Source: Candidatus Methylomirabilis limnetica
GTDB lineage: Bacteria > Methylomirabilota > Methylomirabilia > Methylomirabilales > Methylomirabilaceae
Length of the DNA: 7,713 nucleotides
NCBI RefSeq assembly: GCF_003044035.1
Contig: NZ_NVQC01000004.1
Coordinates: forward strand, 1-7,713
Direction of reading: 5' to 3'
How positions within the stretch are numbered: the stretch's first letter is position 1; each line of letters starts with the position of its first letter. Positions 6,431 to 7,713 of this stretch are shown here, one piece after another. Position numbers and translations under genes: made by a program. The notes beneath the pieces are model-generated. The model ran no database searches. It was not told the DNA's origin and worked only from the letters and a program-made list of their open reading frames with translations.

Positions 6431-7379
6431 GTATCTCCTTTTCTTCTTCAATCGCAATATTTGCAGCCTCAGGAAAAGGAGTTTTCCTGATTGGGATATA
6501 GCGATCGATGCTGTTTTCATGGCAAACAACCTCATTCTTCATACCTTCAATTAACGGATGTGCAATACCTGACGGCACAGGGGTTACAAAATCAACCCAA
6601 TATGCTGCCAAATGAGGCGTTAGGACGGGAACACGGACAATAAGTCTCGGATAAAGGCCTTTTGCCCTGGCGTGTTGCTGCATCATCTCACGGTAGGTCA
6701 TAATGTCAGGGCCGCCGATGTCAAATATCTTACCGGCAGTTTCAGGATTCACAAGACATCCGACAAGATATGCAAGGACGTCCCGAACCGCGATAGGCTG
6801 GATTTTTGTATCTATCCATTTGGGGCACACCATAGCGGGAAGGCGTTCAACAAGATATCGCAACATTTCATAGGAAGCGCCGCCCGCGCCAATGATAACT
6901 GCCGCTCGTAAAATCGTTGCCCGTGTCTTGCCGGAAGCGAGAATTTCAGCAACTTCTGCACGGCTTCTCAGATGTTCAGAGAGATTTTTCCCCATCTCAC
7001 CCAGTCCACCAAGATATATTACCCTTTTGAGTCCGGCGGCGTCTGCTGCCGTAACAAAGTTCCTTGCTGCAAGTTTATCAGCCTTTACAAATTCTCTATT
7101 TGAAAAGATACTCTTTCCACCCATGGAGTGAACCAGGTAATACGCAGAGTGAATAGTGTGGAAAGCCTCAGGTAATCCTTCGTTTTTCAGGAGATCCCCT
7201 TTTACAACTTCAATGAGTTCATTTTTCAATAGGGAGGGTGAAAGTTTTGAAGGATTACGGACGAGAAGCCTGAGTTTTATACCTTTTTTGAAAAGCTCAG
7301 GAACCAGTCTGCCTCCAATAAAACCGGTAGACCCAATAACTAATACCCTGTCGTCGGGTGTGATTGCGAAATTATTCAT
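6411..7379 (-). CDS. NAD(P)-binding atypical short-chain dehydrogenase/reductase (NmrA / YbjT N-domain-like), 322 aa
   Basis: A Rossmann motif VLVIGSTGFIGGRLVPEL sits 12 residues from the start, followed by an extended-SDR-like core (YLVHSMGG..., RVIYLGGLG, ATILRAAVIIGAGGASYEMLRYL, IQPIAVRDVLAYLV, IFDIGGPDIMTYREMM). The preferred start is ATG at 7377-7379, with GGAG 10 nt upstream. The track start at 7409 adds 10 residues and has no SD. Confidence 0.8.
   Translation of the reverse strand: MNNFAITPDDRVLVIGSTGFIGGRLVPELFKKGIKLRLLVRNPSKLSPSLLKNELIEVVKGDLLKNEGLPEAFHTIHSAYYLVHSMGGKSIFSNREFVKADKLAARNFVTAADAAGLKRVIYLGGLGEMGKNLSEHLRSRAEVAEILASGKTRATILRAAVIIGAGGASYEMLRYLVERLPAMVCPKWIDTKIQPIAVRDVLAYLVGCLVNPETAGKIFDIGGPDIMTYREMMQQHARAKGLYPRLIVRVPVLTPHLAAYWVDFVTPVPSGIAHPLIEGMKNEVVCHENSIDRYIPIRKTPFPEAANIAIEEEKEIHGTIES
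6435..6440 (-). promoter_or_regulatory. Shine-Dalgarno (AAGGAG) for the DUF523-DUF1722 gene, embedded in the 3' end of the upstream SDR gene
   Basis: The minus strand reads GAAAAGGAGATACATG. The SDR stop (TGA, 6411-6413) lies downstream of this start, giving a 20-nt overlap that suggests translational coupling. Confidence 0.5.
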
Positions 7380-7586
7380 ATTAGTTTGACTCCGGTAGCA
7401 TAAGTTCATGAAGCGGCGGGAATCCAGGTGGAGCGTAACTATCTTAAAAGACTAGATTCCCATTTACACGGAAATGACAGAAATGTGGGCCAGATCCTTC
7501 AACCGGAATCAAAGTAACAGGCGCTCTTCTTAATAAACTCGCATATAGCAATCATGTGCTGGACGGACTAAGTTTAAAAATATTTT

Positions 7587-7620
7587 GGCTCTTCGCGTAA
7601 TCGAGTGGGTGAATTTCATG
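7587..7620. repeat. Probable terminal inverted repeat (outer end at 7587) of an ISL3-family insertion sequence
   Basis: GGCTCTTCGCGTAATCGAGTGGGTGAATTTCATG begins immediately after an AT-rich stretch (AGTTTAAAAATATTTT). It lies just past the transposase stop. GGCTCTT-type termini are what I recall for many ISL3 members. The partner IR is outside the window, so the length is not verifiable. Confidence 0.4.
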
Positions 7621-7624
7621 TTTT

Positions 7625-7713
7625 TCAGAGTGCCGGGAGCATGGACGTGAGTATTTTCAGCCTCAGATATTCTTCATCCCGCAGCCCATACGCACGGCGT
7701 TGGATAACCCGTA
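7625..7713 (-). CDS. ISL3-family transposase, C-terminal 28 codons (partial; the rest lies beyond the right edge)
   Basis: The minus frame reads RVIQRRAYGLRDEEYLRLKILTSMLPAL*, with stop TGA at 7625-7627. It matches the conserved ISL3 C-terminal motif (NNKIK..KR.AYGFRD.EFF.LKI...). Confidence 0.6.
   Translation of the reverse strand, partial: RVIQRRAYGLRDEEYLRLKILTSMLPAL

Noticed and set aside
7521-7541. GCGCTCTTCTTAATAAACTCG, which resembles the putative ISL3 terminal repeat (GGCTCTTCGCGTAATCGAGTG), as a possible solo IR.
   Set aside because: Only the CTCTTC core and a few scattered positions match, and a gap is required. This is too weak to call without the real IS sequence.

Overview
This window is a patchwork rather than one coherent locus. 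Four ORFs look intact: a YqaJ/lambda-exonuclease-like PD-(D/E)XK nuclease (1258-1836 +), the bifunctional 23S rRNA methyltransferase RlmKL (2186-4363 -), a DUF523(TudS-like)-DUF1722(YbgA-like) fusion protein (5405-6430 -), and an NAD(P)-binding atypical SDR (6411-7379 -) that overlaps it. Everything else recognisable is a truncated fragment: a multiheme cytochrome c piece, the N-terminal half of a DUF4338 (Druantia DruA-like) protein, a group II intron domain-I-like RNA stretch, a DUF4239-like N-terminus, a GC-rich orphan C-terminus, a BrnT/DUF497-like remnant, an IS91-family transposase tail, and the end of an ISL3-family IS. Base composition steps sharply, judged by eye from sampled 60-nt lines: about 47-53% GC in 1-1840, 60-77% in about 1850-4690, about 50% in 4690-5460, and about 32-45% in 5460-7586. 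I found no tRNA, rRNA or CRISPR array, and no complete defence or mobile system. The most unusual arrangement is the RT-less, domain-V-less intron-like RNA directly upstream of an orphan YqaJ nuclease. Before any biology is read into these adjacencies, the many truncation junctions must be tested as a possible assembly or amplification chimera.
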